Source: Monodelphis domestica
Taxonomy: Eukaryota
Length of the DNA: 64,000 nucleotides
Direction of reading: 5' to 3'
NCBI RefSeq assembly: GCF_027887165.1
Contig: NC_077230.1
Span: forward strand, 289,206,949 to 289,270,948
Positions 37,191-50,391 of this stretch are shown here, in pieces. The notes beneath the pieces are model-generated. The model was not told the origin of the DNA and ran no database searches. It saw only the letters and a list, made by a program, of their open reading frames with translations. Each line of letters begins with the position of its first letter. The stretch's first letter is position 1. The position numbers were made by a program, and so were the translations under genes.

Positions 37191-38334
37191 TTTTTTTAAT
37201 TCTGAAATCCCCTTATCTGACTCTAAGTTAATGGATTTTTGCCTCTCCATCTGCTTTTTCTTACCAAACTCTAGTCTTCTTTCACACCATGTCTTCCAAT
37301 CTCTCAACTCCTCAGTTTTCTCCCAGGTCATCTCCCCTGTACTAGGCATTTCTTCATTTTTTCTACATCTTGAATTCCTTGGTGAATCATTTCAATTCTA
37401 CACTGTTCTCTTCTCTTGAGTCTCTTATTATATCAACAATTGTGCCATGCCAAGCATGCCTCAGAGTTGTATGGCTTCTACCATTGGTTGCCTTAACTCC
37501 AACACTCATGCTGTTGAATGATAGTAGAAATAACTTCAAGTGGGCCTGCACTGCTTTTAGGCAATCTTTCTTTCTATGCCTCCCTAATCAGCTTACTATA
37601 TCACTTTCCACTGTAGCCTTTCCGATCTTTGCATCCCTTCTCAAACCTCCCCAGAGCTCCTACTACTCACCCCCTGGCCCCTACTCAGATGAGAACTTTG
37701 CCTTATATTTCACAAAAAAAAATTTTTTTGAGGCTATTCTCCTTTGAGAGATGCTGGGAAAGTGAAATCAGCAGGCCTTAGCAACAGCTTGGACAGGAGG
37801 TGAGAGAGTAGGGAGCCTAGGATGACTCCAAAGTCAGGAATCTAAGGACTTGGGAGAATGATGTTGCCTCCTACAATGACAGAGAAGGTGAGAGATGAGG
37901 AGAGTTTAGGGGGAAATATAATGAGCTCTGTTTTGGACTTGTTGCATTTATCTTCTGACATTCAGTTCAAGATGTCTAAAAGTTGGTCAGAAATATGACA
38001 TCAGAGTTCAATGGAGAGGTTAGGGCTGGATAGGTAGATTTGAGAATCATCAGCAGAGAGGCAATAATTAAATCCATGGGAGTGGATGAGATCACCAGGT
38101 AAAGTAGTATATAGAGAGAAGAGGCTGAACATTTAGAGGGAGTGATCTGGGGGGGAATAGAGGAGAGATCAGAACAGTAGGAGGAAATCAGGAGAGAATA
38201 GTGTCCTGAGAGAAGAAAGTATCAAGGAGGAGACAGTGATCAATAGTGTCAAAGGCTCCAGAGAAGTTACAGAGAATAATGATTAAGAAAAAGACATTGG
38301 ATTTGGTGACTAAGAGATCCTTAATAACTTTGGA

Positions 38335-38545
38335 GTTGTTTTTTTTTTAAACCTTTACCTTCCATCTTGGAATCAATACTGTGTATTGTTTCCAAGGTAG
38401 AAAAGTGGTAAGGGCTAGGCAATGGGGGTTAAGTGACTTGCCCAGGGTCACACAACTGGGAAGTGTCTGAGGACAGATTTGAACCAGGGACCTCCTGTCT
38501 CTAACACTGGCTCTAAATCCACTGAGCTACCCAGCTTCCCCTGAG
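38335..38545 (-). mobile_element. tRNA-derived/MIR-like SINE
   Basis: Same family as 18600-18800 and 18900-19130: 'aaacctttaccttccatcttggaatcaatactgtgtattgtttccaaggtagaaaagtggtaagggctaggcaatgggggttaagtgacttgcccagggtcacacaactgggaag...'. Confidence 0.7.
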
Positions 38546-38884
38546 AGAGCAGTTTTTATGGATTGATGAGGTCAGAAGCTGGATTGTAAAGTATTAAGAA
38601 GTGAGCAAAAGGATAGAGAGTAGATGACTTTTTCCAAGAATTTTGGCCACAAAGGCCACAAGATAGAGAATGACACTTGGGCACAGAAGGATCAAGTGAG
38701 GGTTTTTTTGAAGATCTCTCCTCTGACACCACCACTATTCTGGCACCAGCCCTCAACCCCTAGCTGCTACATTCCCGTAATAGCCTGTTGGTAAGTCTGT
38801 CTGTCAAGGCTCTCTGCACTCCAGCTCGCCTGTTCTTCATATGCCAAAGTGATTTTCCTAAAACAAAGATCTCCCCACCACATT

Positions 38885-38914
38885 CTCTCTCTCTCTCCCT
38901 CTCTCTCCCTCCCT

Positions 38915-38990
<76 letters not shown>
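38885..38990. repeat. (CT)n / (CCCT)n microsatellite
   Basis: Read directly from the sequence. It generates spurious ORFs such as 'MRERERERER' and 'LSLSLSLS'. Confidence 0.95.
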
Positions 38991-38994
<4 letters not shown>

Positions 38995-39619
38995 GTGTCA
39001 CCTAGCTACCCCTATCAGGGCAAATTTCTTAAGACTATAAGCTCCAAAAGACGTGCTGACCTTCAATGGGAGAGGGAATTTTTTAATCTGAGAATATCAT
39101 GTAGTATAACATCACAGTTACAGTACTATCCCAGCTCTATCAAAATAGTTATATTAAAGTATTGTTAATTAACATAATCACACTGTCAGTGCCTCAATTC
39201 TACAGATGCTACTCCTATTTTTTTCATAGTAAGTAAAAATACAAAATGTATTTTATTCTAAAAGCAAAACATGATAATTATCACCACTTCCAGTTTTCTA
39301 CTTTGTGTAGAATACGTGGATAATCTAAGGAAAATGCAGGATGCTCTCACCTCCCTCTGTGATCTTTATATATGACAAACATGCATGTTATTAATCAGTG
39401 AAGGTGAACAAAAAACGAATGTAAATTTTCCTAGTATTTGTATTGGATAGGAATAACATTAAAAGAATATACTTAACATTCTTTTTTTTAAAACAATTTT
39501 TTGGGAGGACTTCATTTTCTTTTATCTTCATAGTTATTCTCAGTATCCTTCTTCCTCCCCCTCTCAGAGAGCCTTACCATATAAAAATAATATTTTTTAA
39601 AGAATAAATAAAAGAGAAT

Positions 39620-41255
39620 AGGATGGATGGAAATATAGTTAGCAACTCTGAATGTAAATGGGATGTATTCACCCATAAAACAGAAGCAGATAGCAGAATG
39701 TAATTGTTGTTATTGTTTAGAAACTTCAATCATGTCTGATTCTTCATAATGCCCTTTGGGTTTTCTTGGAAAAGACTCTAGAATGGTTTGCTGTTTCCTT
39801 CTTTAGATATAACAATAAGATAAGAAAAAAATCAAAGCAATAAGAATAGGCTCTGAGGAAACAAAACTATTACTCTTTCCAGATAATATGATACTCTACT
39901 TAGAAAACCCCAGACAATCAGTTAAAAACTAGTTGAAACAACTTTAGAAAATTTGCAAGTTATAAAATAAATTCACCAATTATCTGCAGGTCTATATATT
40001 ACCTACAAAACCCATTAGGAAGAGATAGAAGAAGAAATTTCATTTTAAATAATTATGGACAGTATTAAATACTTGGGAATCTACCTGCCAAGATACACAT
40101 AGAAACCCTGTGAACACAATTATAAAACCATATGAACACAATTACAGAACATTTTTTACAGATCTAAGTAACTGGAGAAATATAAATTGTTCATAGGTAG
40201 ACTGATCCAATATAATACAAATGGTAGTACTCTCTAAATTAATTTACTTATTCATTGCCATATCAATAGACTATCAAACTACTAATGAATTATTTTATAG
40301 AGCTATAAAAAAGAGTAATAAAAGTTGTCTAGAGGAATAAAAGGTCAGAACTATCAAGGGAACTAATGAAAGTGAAGCAAGGCTGCCTAGTACTACCAAA
40401 TTTCAAACTCTTCTACAAAGTAGTAATCATCAAGACAGTCTGGTGCTGGATCAGAATTAGACTGGTTGATCAAAGGAATAGATAAGATATACAGTATACA
40501 GAAATATATTCACATTAATCCAGAGATCTAAACTATTGATCCATAAGCTCACTATTTAACAAAAACTACTGGAAAAATTGGAAAATAGTTTAGCAGAAAC
40601 TAGACACAGATCAACATGTCTCACCATATTCCAAGATAAGCTCAAAATGAATATGTGATTTAGACATAAAGAGTAATATCATAGATAAATTAGGGGAACA
40701 TAGAAAAAATTGCCTATCATCTATGGATAGAGGACCAAGAGATAAAGGGGATCATAGTAGATAAAATAGATCATTTTGATGATATAAAATTAAAAAGATT
40801 TTGTACATATGAAACCAATGTGACCAAAAATTATTTTTAAAAAAGCAGGAAACTTGAGAAGGTGGTAATTTACAGCAAGTTTATCTGATAAAAGTTTTCT
40901 TCTTATTTATATAGGGAACTGAGCCTATTGTTCATTTTTAAAAGAGCCATTTCTGACCCACCCACTCCCATTGATAAGTGATCCATGTGACTATTGATAA
41001 ATGATCAAAGGACAGCGGGCAGTTTTCCAAAGAAGAAAGCAAAGCTGTCAATAGTCTAAATCACTAATAACTAGAGAAATAGAAATTAAAATATCTCTTT
41101 AGGTACTGCTTCACACTTATCATTTTGGCTAACATGACAGAAAAGGAAAATAACAGGTGATATGGAAAAATAGGGACAATAATATACTGTATTTGGAGTT
41201 ATGAACTAACCCAAACATTCTGGATAACAATTTGGAACAGTGCCTCAAGGCCTAT
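39620..41255 (+). mobile_element. Old, deleted L1 (ORF2-derived), + orientation
   Basis: Begins with the endonuclease start 'tctgaatgtaaatgggatgtattcacccataaaacagaagcagatagcagaatg' (NVNGM.SPIKQKQIAE). Later segments correspond to ORF2 'KYLGIYLPR...', '...TNWEKIF', 'GQFSKEESKAVNS.KSLI.REIEIK.SL.YCFTLI' and 'WSYELTQTFW'. Diverged from the younger copies. Confidence 0.6.
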
Positions 41256-41445
41256 AGGCCAGTGCAATTAGGTGACTCAGTGGATTGAGAGCCAGGCCTA
41301 GAGACCATAGGTCCTGGGTTCAAATTTGACCTTAGATACTTCTTATCTATGTGACCCTAGACAAATCACTTAACTCCTAATGCTTATCCCTTACTAATCT
41401 TCTGCCTTGGAGCCAGTACTTAGTGCTGATTCCTTTTTTTTTATC
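41255..41445 (+). mobile_element. tRNA-derived/MIR-like SINE (head-first orientation), inserted in or next to the old L1
   Basis: 'ggtgactcagtggattgagagccaggcctagagaccataggtcctgggttcaaatttgaccttagatacttcttatctatgtgaccctagacaaatcacttaac...', followed by a T/A-rich tail. Confidence 0.65.
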
Positions 41446-41859
41446 TTTTATTTATTTTTTAAATTTTTAAATTTTTAGTAATTATTATTTTTTTTTAGTG
41501 TTGATTCTTAAAAGGGAAGGTATGGGTTAAAAAAAAAAACCACCCTGTATACCCTTTGTATAATTGAAAATCTGTTACTCTAAAAAAGAACTACATTTCC
41601 TGGAAGCCTACCACCTTCCTGTCATTACATACTTCCTGTAGACAAGAGATATTAGGCAGTGATGTAGAGAGTCCCAGCCTCTTTGGCTTACAGCAAGCAT
41701 GGTGGTGGTAAGAGTGGGGATTTTAAATGGGCTAATCAGTCATGGTCACGTGGTCTTTATTTTGTATTCTCTTTGTTCCTTTAGTTCAAGTGATCATTAA
41801 TAAATCTACTAAAACATAATATTTTTATTATTTTTTATTGAGACCTAATTTTAATTTTT

Positions 41860-42480
41860 ACACCTTTGACCCAACAATACCACTCTTAGGTATTAGGTAA
41901 AGATCAAAGAAAAGGGGAAAGGATCCATATGTACAAAAATATTTGTAAGTAACTCTTTGTGGTGGGAAAAAAATTGGAAACTGAGGGGATATCAATCTGG
42001 GGAATGGCTGAAGAAATTGTAGGATATGATTGTGAAGGAATCCTATTATGCTACAAGAAATGACAAAAAGGATGCTTTGGGTTTTTTTAAACCTGGGAAA
42101 ACATGCTGCAGAGTGAAGTGAGCAGAACCAAGAGAACATTGTACAGCAATCTTTTATTGATAATTAATTATGAAAGACAACTACTCTGATTAAGACAAGA
42201 AAATTCCAAAGGACTCATGATGAAAAATGCTATCTACCTCCAAAGAAGGAACTCTGAATGCAGATTAAAGCATGCTTTTTCAACTTACTTTATTTTTCTT
42301 CTTTTTTTACAACATGACTAATGTAGAAATATGTTTTTGTGACTTCATATGTATAATGGATTTCATATTTCTTCCCTTCTTGATGGGCAGGAAAGGAGGA
42401 GAGAGAAAGAATTTGGAACTGAGAATAAATTTAAAAATTTTTTTAAATAAATTTAAAAATAAAAAAAAAATTTTAAGATA
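41860..42480 (+). mobile_element. L1 3' terminal fragment (ORF2 C-terminus remnant plus 3'UTR plus A-rich tail), about 430 bp upstream of the giant exon acceptor
   Basis: 'aaaaattggaaactgaggggatatcaatctggggaatggctgaagaaattgtaggatatgattgtgaaggaatcctattatgctacaagaaatgac' corresponds to the L1 ORF2 end ('KNWK.RGCPS.GEWL.KLWYM..MEYYCA.RN'). An A-rich tail lies at 42440-42480. Confidence 0.65.
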
Positions 42481-42913
42481 AATCAATAGAAAAGAAATGC
42501 TTATTAACTTGAAAATTAAAAGCAAAAAGCAAGAAAGGAAGAAGCAGCTGCTAAGAGAGGTAGAAGCAATTGCTTCTGGAACCATGACTATCAGTCCTGT
42601 GTGCAATTCCCACAGGAGAGGCTTGGCTGCTATCCTGTATTATTGTGTACTAAACTTATCCATATTGTACAAAGGATGACTAGATTATAATAATAACAGT
42701 TTAAAATCTTTAGGAAATCTTTAGTATCTTAATCATTTAGTGATATTAAAAAGATTGATTTATATATTATTCACCTTGTGTTTTTGATGCCTGTTGTCTT
42801 CATTTAAATTACTTTGGAAATCACCTCCTCAAATGTTCTTTAGTTGTTAAACTGCTTTAAAAACTAAACTCTTGTATTTTGTTCTGTTTTCCCTTTCTTA
42901 CATGAAATACCAG

Positions 42914-44350
42914 TTGAAACGATGTGCCAAAAGTTATCTTTCAACGGAGCAACATAATTTTATAGTTCCTCATAAAGATCCATCTGTATTTAAGTTAGAT
43001 TCAGAGAATGTTACTTTTGGGGACACTGTTCCTTGTTTGACAACATTTTCAGCACCACTTCATTTTCAAGACAGTCCAGAAAGAGAGTCTGAACTACAAT
43101 CAAGAGGGATAGATTACTCAGGAATAGATGAGGGAATAGAGGAAATGGAGGAAATGGATGGAATTCTTTTTTGTTCATTACAGATTACTCCTGGTACATC
43201 ACCAGAAACATCAGCAGATCTCTTCTTTGCTTCTGACCAGGATGGCCATTCCAAAGCAATAAATGTTGCTAAGAAAGATTCAGAGAAGGAAGTTTTATTT
43301 CATAAACATGAAAATCAAGATAGGAACTATGCAACCCGTTTCCTTCTTTCCTCTCCAGTTCCTCCCCCTCCTGTCCCTGTGGTTAATTCCTCAGGTTTAT
43401 TTGGTTCCTCCTTTGCTGCTCCTCATTCAGCCTTTGCCTTACCTACTACTACATTCCCTACTACTACTTTTATTCCTGCAAACTCTCTTTCTTCTCCTAC
43501 TTTAGACCAACTATCAGCTGACATTTTTCACTCTCCTCGTTCTCCTCGTTATCTTCCTCCTTTTTCTTTTTCTCGTACTAATCTTTCCTCTAATACTCCT
43601 CTATTTGGTCTTCCTCCTCCTCCTCCTCCTCCTCCTCTAGGTTCTGTTTCTATTGCTCCTCCTCCTCCTCTTCCAGGTTCTATTTCTCTTCCTCCTTCTC
43701 TTCTAGGTTCTGTTTCTATGTCTCCTCCTCCTCCTCTTCCAGGTTCTGGTCCTCTTCCTTCTCCTCCTCCTCCTCCTCTAGGTTCTGTTTCTATTACTCC
43801 TCCTCCTCCTCCTCTTCCGGGTTCTATTTCTCTTCCTCCTTCTCTTCTAGGTTCTGTTTCTATGTCTCCTCCTCCTCCTCTTCCAGGTTCTGGTCCTCTT
43901 CTTCCTCCTCTTCTAGGTTCTGTTTCTCTCCCTCCTCCTGCTCCTCTTTCAAGTTCTGGTCCTCTTCTTCCTCCTCTTCCAGGTTCTGTTCCTCCTCCTC
44001 CTCCTCTTTCAGGTTCTTTTCAGCTTTGTTCTAAATCTCAGTTAAATTCATTTGAGTTTCCAAGTAAAATGCATCAACCACCTTTAATACTTAAGGAGAG
44101 GTCTGATGGACCAAATGCCACTCCTCCAGATGTTAGTTTAGGAGATAAACCATTAATTTGGGAAAAAACAAAAAAGTTTGCATCAAGTCGTGGACCTATT
44201 TTTGGACTGAAAAAAGATGGACAACTGCCACGGCCCCACCAGCTTCTTCTTTCTCCATCCAGAGATGTTAGATCAGAAGCAGTGACTTCAGGTTTCTCAT
44301 TTAGAGAAAAGAATTCTGTAGAACAGAATGTTACCTCATCTGAAGCTAAG
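42914..44350 (+). CDS. PARP4: PARP4 giant exon (479 codons). Low-complexity, Ser/Pro-rich region with an expanded polyproline tandem repeat, ending ...NVTSSEAK
   Basis: Acceptor taccag|ttg at 42911-42913 and donor aag|gtaagg at 44351. A continuous ORF in phase with the flanking exons. Human PARP4 also has one very large, poorly conserved exon at this position. Confidence 0.8.
43600..44010 (+). repeat. PARP4: Coding tandem repeat inside the PARP4 giant exon. A unit of about 141 bp, built from about 45-bp sub-repeats, encodes polyproline motifs (PPPPLPGS(I/G)SLPPSLLGSVS...)
   Basis: 'ctaggttctgtttctatt(g/a)ctcctcctcctcc...' recurs at 43638 and 43779. A further partial unit begins at about 43915. 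Confidence 0.8.
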
Positions 44351-44440
44351 GTAAGGTGATGTGTTTTAGAAACAAATTTAGATAAGATCTGCATAAAGTA
44401 CATGAAAGTTTTCTTTACTGACTTTATCTTTGCCTTTCAG

Positions 44441-44542
44441 ACACAAAAACCCAAGACTGATATGACCCACAGAGGAAGTTGGTTCATTGATATTAAAGAG
44501 AATTTGATGCCTTGGACTCAGGTTTTTACTCTTCAGAGTGAG
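44441..44542 (+). CDS. PARP4: PARP4 exon encoding TQKPKTDMTHRGSWFIDIKENLMPWTQVFTLQSE
   Basis: Acceptor tgcctttcag|aca and donor gag|gtattc. Matches human '...DAVPWTELLSLQTE'. Confidence 0.85.
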
Positions 44543-45989
44543 GTATTCTTCTTTCTCTATTAGTGATTGCTTGTCTCAGCTGGTCAACACACAATGTGTC
44601 TGAACATGGCTATTTCTCTTCATGGAAAATTAAAATCAGTGCAAAGGCCATGGAATAAGGCTTATTTTCTGAAGTTCTAGACTGATATTTTGTTTTCTAA
44701 ATAAGTTCTTGAGGTACAAAAACTTTAAATGTATATGTTTTTAAATTTACATATAGTCTTCATTATGAACTGTAGCCAAGTATAAACTTTTTGTTGTGAA
44801 TGTAATCTTAAATATATATGTGTATATATATATATGTTGTATACACACATACATTTATGTTGTATAATAATATGTATATTTTCCTCTGCTTCATCTCTTT
44901 AGAATATAGATGTGTATTGTAATAAATGGATACTTGGAGATAGAGAGATACTAGAGGGGATACTCTGGGGTTTCAGTGATCTATACTTGATGGCAAATAG
45001 ATCAAAGATTTTGCCTACCCTCCTTCCTCAAAAATGCCACCTGTTTTCCACCCACTCCCTCCTGCCTCCGTTCCCCTCCCCCATTTTAGTCAGCCACCTT
45101 CTATGTAACTCAAGATGAACTGTAAGGTTAGAGAAGATACTCTTGTTCTCTTTCTCAAGTAAGGAGGTTTATTGGGGAAGACAGGACAGGATGGAGGATG
45201 AGGTAAGAGGATGGGGGTTTCCCTAATCTATACAAGGAGTTAGGAGGGTATTGGGAGTATTGGCAATTAGTCACTATCAGAGACAGTCAGAGATATGGAA
45301 GACAAATATTTTTCTTCTTTCTTCTTCTTCTTCTTCTTCAAACTCATCTCAGATATACAATTAGTTCTTCAGGTTCAGCTATCACCATCAGCCACACTAG
45401 ACAAAAGTTAGTTCAAAAGCTTCTCCTCCTGCTCCAGAAGTCACCAGGGTCTCTCAGCTTCAGGTCAGAAGCTAAGAGGGGTCCAGTCAGAAGCCTCTCC
45501 ACCTAGCCCCATAAGCTAAATTCTCCTGGCTTCCTTAGAAGTAAGTCTCTCAGTTCAGCTGCTGGCTTGGCTCCCCAACTGTTTCTCCTGGGAACATTCC
45601 AGTGGAATGTTACCTTTTGATTGACAGATGATGTCCTTTGCTTTGTGTTGCAAATCCTCTCTTTTATAGTTTCCAAATGTAATAACAATCAAGAACTCAT
45701 CCTATCATACACTAAGCAAGAGAACATTCTATTTAGAAGTTCCATATGGGCCATGTGGAGACTTCCAGTAGCATATGCAATATGGATACTTAGACATTAA
45801 CCTTGAAATGTTTTTATACTGAAAACATTTATAGTCCAGATTCATTAAAAAAAATTCTTTACTGCTGGCCTACCTTCCTATTTAGAAATGCTATTAGGCA
45901 TTTAAGTTCTGTTATGTTCAAAAAGTATAGTATGGTATCATGTTTGAGATTTATTGAACTCTATTAAGCATTTTATTATCATAGGAATA

Positions 45990-46250
45990 CAATTTTTTAA
46001 AAATTTTATTTAATTAGTCAATTTAGAACATTTTCTCCTGGTTATAAGAATCATGTTCCTTCCCTTCCCTTCCCCTACCCCCTCCCATAGCCAACACACA
46101 ATTCCACTGGGTTTTACATGTGTCCTTGATCAAAACCTATTTCCATGTTGTTGATGTTTGCACTAGGGTGAGAGTCTACATCCCCAATCATATCCCCATT
46201 GACCCATGTGATCAAGAAGTTGTTTTTCTTCTGTGTTTCTAGGAATACAA
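45990..46250 (-). mobile_element. L1 3'UTR fragment
   Basis: About 85% identical to 23300-23540 and to the reverse complement of the 3'UTR of the full-length L1. Ends about 90 bp before the exon at 46340. Confidence 0.7.
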
Positions 46251-46339
46251 TTTTTAAAAAAAATCTTGATTAAATTAAAATATAAAATGAATGAAACTGA
46301 AATTCTAATTGTCATTCTTTTTTCCCCTCAATTTTACAG

Positions 46340-46439
46340 GAAGGTTTTTGGAAACTTAGCCCTGAACTTGGACTTATTTTAAACCTGAATGTGAATAATT
46401 TAAACATCTTTCTTGTGCAAAAAGGCATTCAATCCCTAG
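46340..46439 (+). CDS. PARP4: PARP4 exon encoding EGFWKLSPELGLILNLNVNNLNIFLVQKGIQSL(G)
   Basis: Acceptor ttttacag|gaa and donor ctag|gtaact. Matches human 'DGFWKLTPELGLILNLNTNGLHSFLKQKGIQSLG'. Confidence 0.9.
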
Positions 46440-46679
46440 GTAACTCAGTTTCTTTTCAGTATTCATCAAATGGAATGATTATATTTATATTGACTCTAAA
46501 CAAAATTTTTGGTGTTCTGCATTCAGAATAATTGTATTTTTATGCTTACCTAAAAAAACCCATAATCACTAAATATTTTGAGATTAATCAAAGGTTTAAC
46601 ATTGGTCATATCTTGATTGTATTGCTGGGTAGAAGATACTGATACAGCTTCAAAATTTTGTCTCTTAAGCAATGTTGTG

Positions 46680-46890
46680 AAAAGAGGGATTTGGAGTGAA
46701 GATTTGGGTTTGAACCGTTCTCTGTTGCTGTTGCCTGGGTGACCTTGAGCAGTCCCTTCATTTCTCTAAGCTTCAGTTTGCTCATTCGTGAAATGAGGTT
46801 GTAGAACTAGATGATCTCTGATGTCCCTTCCAACTCCAAATCTATGGTCTTGTGATCAAAAGAATGCAATTAAAGGCAGGATGGTAAACC
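46680..46890 (+). mobile_element. MIR-type SINE
   Basis: '...gggtgaccttgagcagtcccttcatttctctaagcttcagtttgctcattcgtgaaatgaggttgtagaactagatgatctctgatgtcccttccaactc' is a canonical MIR core plus 3' part. Confidence 0.6.
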
Positions 46891-48589
46891 ACTAGGCTCC
46901 AGGCTAAACATAGATTTTGACTTAATTTCACTACTTCTTAGGGAGAAATTCGGAGAAGTAATAGCCCACAGTCATGTCTGAATTTATGCCTCTAGTTATG
47001 ATTGGTCAATAAACATCTCTTAAGTTCTTGTGTGCAAAGCACTCTGTTAGGTGATGGCAAAACAAAAACGAAGCAATCCCTGTCCTCAAGTCATTTGAGG
47101 GGTAGGGTATTATAGCATGAATGCAGAGAAGTGATCACTTGAGAAGAGAGAAAGCATTAACAATTGCAGGAACAGTGACAACAGTAAAAGGCTTCATTTA
47201 AAAGATGACACTTGAGCAGAACTTTGAAAAGAAGATAGCATCTTAGGAGGCAAAGGCAAAAAGAAGGAGGCAGCCTGTGGTGCAGAATGTTGAGTTCTAG
47301 GAACAGTGGGTGGGGCAACTTTGGTTGCAATATGGAATTGAAATAACCCTTGAAACATAAGCTAGAGCCAGATGGAAAAGTGCTTTAAAAGCCAGGTTGA
47401 CAGTGTATTGTTGCTTTGTTTTGCTTGACTCTAAGTTCTAATAAGAACTAATTAGAGAAGGTTCTTTTGGGACGGGAGCAGAGAAAGGGATATTTAAAAA
47501 GAAAAGCATCAATAAAGCATTTACAAAGAAAGAAAATAAGGAAGTTGTATCTTATTCTAGAAATAGGAAACCACTGAAGTTTTTGAGCAGGAGAATGGCA
47601 TTGTCTAATTTGTTGTTTTACTAATATTAATTTGGTGGCCATGTTGAGCATGAAGTAGAGAGGGAAACAGTAGGATACAGAAACACCATGGCAATACTCT
47701 AGGCTAGATTTTATGAGGGCCTGCACTGGGTGATCCCATGTGAGTAGATGACAAATGATAATACTATTATACATTAATTAAAATGGTCAGACCATATGTG
47801 AAGTACTATTTTCAGTTTTAGCTGCCACTGTTTAATGGAAATATTAATAAGCTTGAGCACATTTTTGCAGAGGGCAACTGGAATGATACAGGGACTAGAG
47901 ATGATGCCGCCATCATCAGTTAAGAGGCGATATTTACCCTGACAAAGAGAACATTTAGGGGGAACGTGGGGATTGTCTTCAAGTATTAGAAAGGATATCA
48001 ATTTGAAATGGATTCAATATAGATTAGATCTTTTCTTGGTATCGCAAGACAGGACAAGGGGGTAGTAGTTGCAGTTGGTCAGATTTAGACCTGATGTAGA
48101 TGAAACATTTCCTAACAATCAGGGCTTTTCAAAACAGAACTGAATTGCCTTTGAAGGGAGCAAGTTTCCTATCACTGAAGGTGCTCATTGGGAGGTTTAA
48201 TAACTACTTCTCTGGGCTGTTGTATAACATATATCTGGTCAGGTATATGTTTAGCCAAGTGACTCTCAGAGTCCTTTTAACACTGGGATTCTGGGACTAT
48301 ATCAATCCCACACCTCCACAACCAACCTAATAAAAGTTTCTCTGAGTTTTACCAGCCATCAGCTTTTCCGTCTCTCATTATTCTATCCTGAAAATCATAA
48401 AAGAGTTAGTTTAGGCTACTCTAGCTAAGATATCTTATGACTTAAGATAGCACAAAGCTGACGTAAAATCCTTTGAATGCCCTAGACTCATATCCAGTGC
48501 ACAACTCTGAGCTCAACTCAACCCTGACTTGTTACTTGTTACCAGTGTACATCATGGTCCCTATCCTCACCTAAGTTTTTCTGACCCAC

Positions 48590-48830
48590 GGTGGATAGAA
48601 AACTAGACATGGAGTCAGGGAGAACTGAGTTCAAATCCTTCCTCAGATACTTACTAGCTATCTTGGCCTTGGGCAAATCATTTAACCTTTTGATCTCAGT
48701 TTCCTCATCTATAAAATGAGGATCATAATAGCGGCTGCATCACAAAGTTGTTGTGAAGATCAAATGAAATCATTAATGTAAGGTGCTCTGGAAACCTTAA
48801 AATTCTATATAAATGCTATTATTACTAGCT
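48590..48830 (+). mobile_element. MIR SINE (near full length)
   Basis: 'ggagtcagggagaactgagttcaaatccttcctcagatacttactagctatcttggccttgggcaaatcatttaacc...tcagtttcctcatctataaaatgaggatcataatagcg...gttgttgtgaagatcaaatgaaatcattaatgtaaggtgctctggaaacc'. Confidence 0.7.
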
Positions 48831-50054
48831 ATTATGTCCTACATTTTACTAATAAAACCAGATTATCAATAGGACCCCAAGCACTAATGCTTCTTGTTCT
48901 GGACTTCCTACTCTGGTCCCAAACTTTCACTCTATGTAACCCAGAACTTTCTGTAAGAAGTAGGGATTAGATGAGAAATTGATGGTTCCATCTCTTTTTC
49001 CTTCCCACTTGTCTAATGAAAGAGTCTGATGGAGGAAGAAAAACCTATGATCATTAGAAGAGCCCTTCTTTTTCAATACAATGAGTTTGCAATTTAAAGG
49101 CAGGAGTTGATAGAAATGAAAAGAACTATATAATTTTGAAATTGTTTTTTATTATATTAAAGGAGCTCTAATATTCAGTAGTTTTTTATTAAATACCAGT
49201 CATGCTTTGGGGTACCATTTTGGAGAAGTAAGGATTTCTTTTGTTCTTTAATTTATTATTATAATTATAAAAATTTTTAAATTTTGTTATTCTTTTTTAA
49301 AATAAATTATTCCTTTTTTAAAAAATTTGTTATGAATTCTCTTTGTCCTAGTTCCTTGTACTCATTGAAAGGTAAGCAATATGGTATTAATGATACATGT
49401 GAAATCATGTGCAACACATTTCTGTGTTAGCCATGTTGTAAAAAATAAAGAAAAAAGTGAAAAATTATAAGAAGTAGGCATTTTAGAAAATAATTTTTAA
49501 AGACTTTATGACAAGTGTTCCACCAAATTTCATTTTGGTTTAGAGCAATGACTACAAAAAGCTTAAAAACCACCTTTGAATATATAATCTTTGGCTTGAG
49601 GCTAGGCATTTGACTTAGACTCTCCTCACTGGTAAAGAAAATGATTACTCAGTGCTCTACCCCTTCACCATACATACATGTTCTTAAAAGTTTTATTCTG
49701 AAAGATCCATTATTTAGTCATTGTGCATACTTCTTGTACCAAAGCAGATTGAAACCCCTGCCCTACCTTAATAATTATGAGTTATTATGACCAAAAAAAA
49801 TTACTATTTGATGGTAAAGTCACTTTTGAGTGATAAATATTTCTAAACTTAATTATTCTGGCTGTCTACAACCAACAAAACGCCCATCACCAGGCCCATA
49901 TTCAAATTCTTTCTAGTTTGGTAGAACCACCACAAATTTAACTGCTTTTATGGTGATATAAAATAGTAAGCGTGACTTTTGTATACTATTCTTATATTAT
50001 TTAGTATCTTATATATTATATATTTTGATAAACTTAATATATTTTTAATCTTTT

Positions 50055-50235
50055 ATTTTCCATCTTAGAATTAGTTGTATGTATTGATTTTAAGACAGAA
50101 GATCAGTAAAGACTAGGAAATGTGGGGTTAAGTGACTTGCCCAGGGTTATGCAGCTAGGAAGTGTCTTAGGTCAAATTGGAATCCAGGACTTCTCATCTC
50201 TAGACTTGGCTCTCAATCCACTGAGCCCCCTAGAT
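50055..50235 (-). mobile_element. tRNA-derived/MIR-like SINE
   Basis: '...ggggttaagtgacttgcccagggttatgcagctaggaagtgtcttaggtcaaattggaatccaggacttctcatctctagacttggctctcaatccactgagcc'. Confidence 0.65.
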
Positions 50236-50391
50236 GCCCCCATTATATTAAGGATATTAAATGTGTTTGTTAAATATTGCTTCTTCAGAGTGTTGTTCTG
50301 AATATTGTTTCAAGATCTACTATTATGTTTTCATATTTTTCATAGTAATAATGTTCTTAATTGGAAATGACTATTAAGACTTTTCTTTTAG

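Noticed and set aside
38760-39168. ORFs 'MRERERERER...' and '...LSLSLSLS...'
   Set aside because: Translation artefacts of the (CT)n microsatellite.
42872-44359. The six-frame ORF starting at ATG 42872 (MYFVLFSLSYMKYQ...)
   Set aside because: The upstream part, 42872-42913, is intronic and contains the polypyrimidine tract and acceptor. The real exon starts at 42914 and ends at the donor at 44350.
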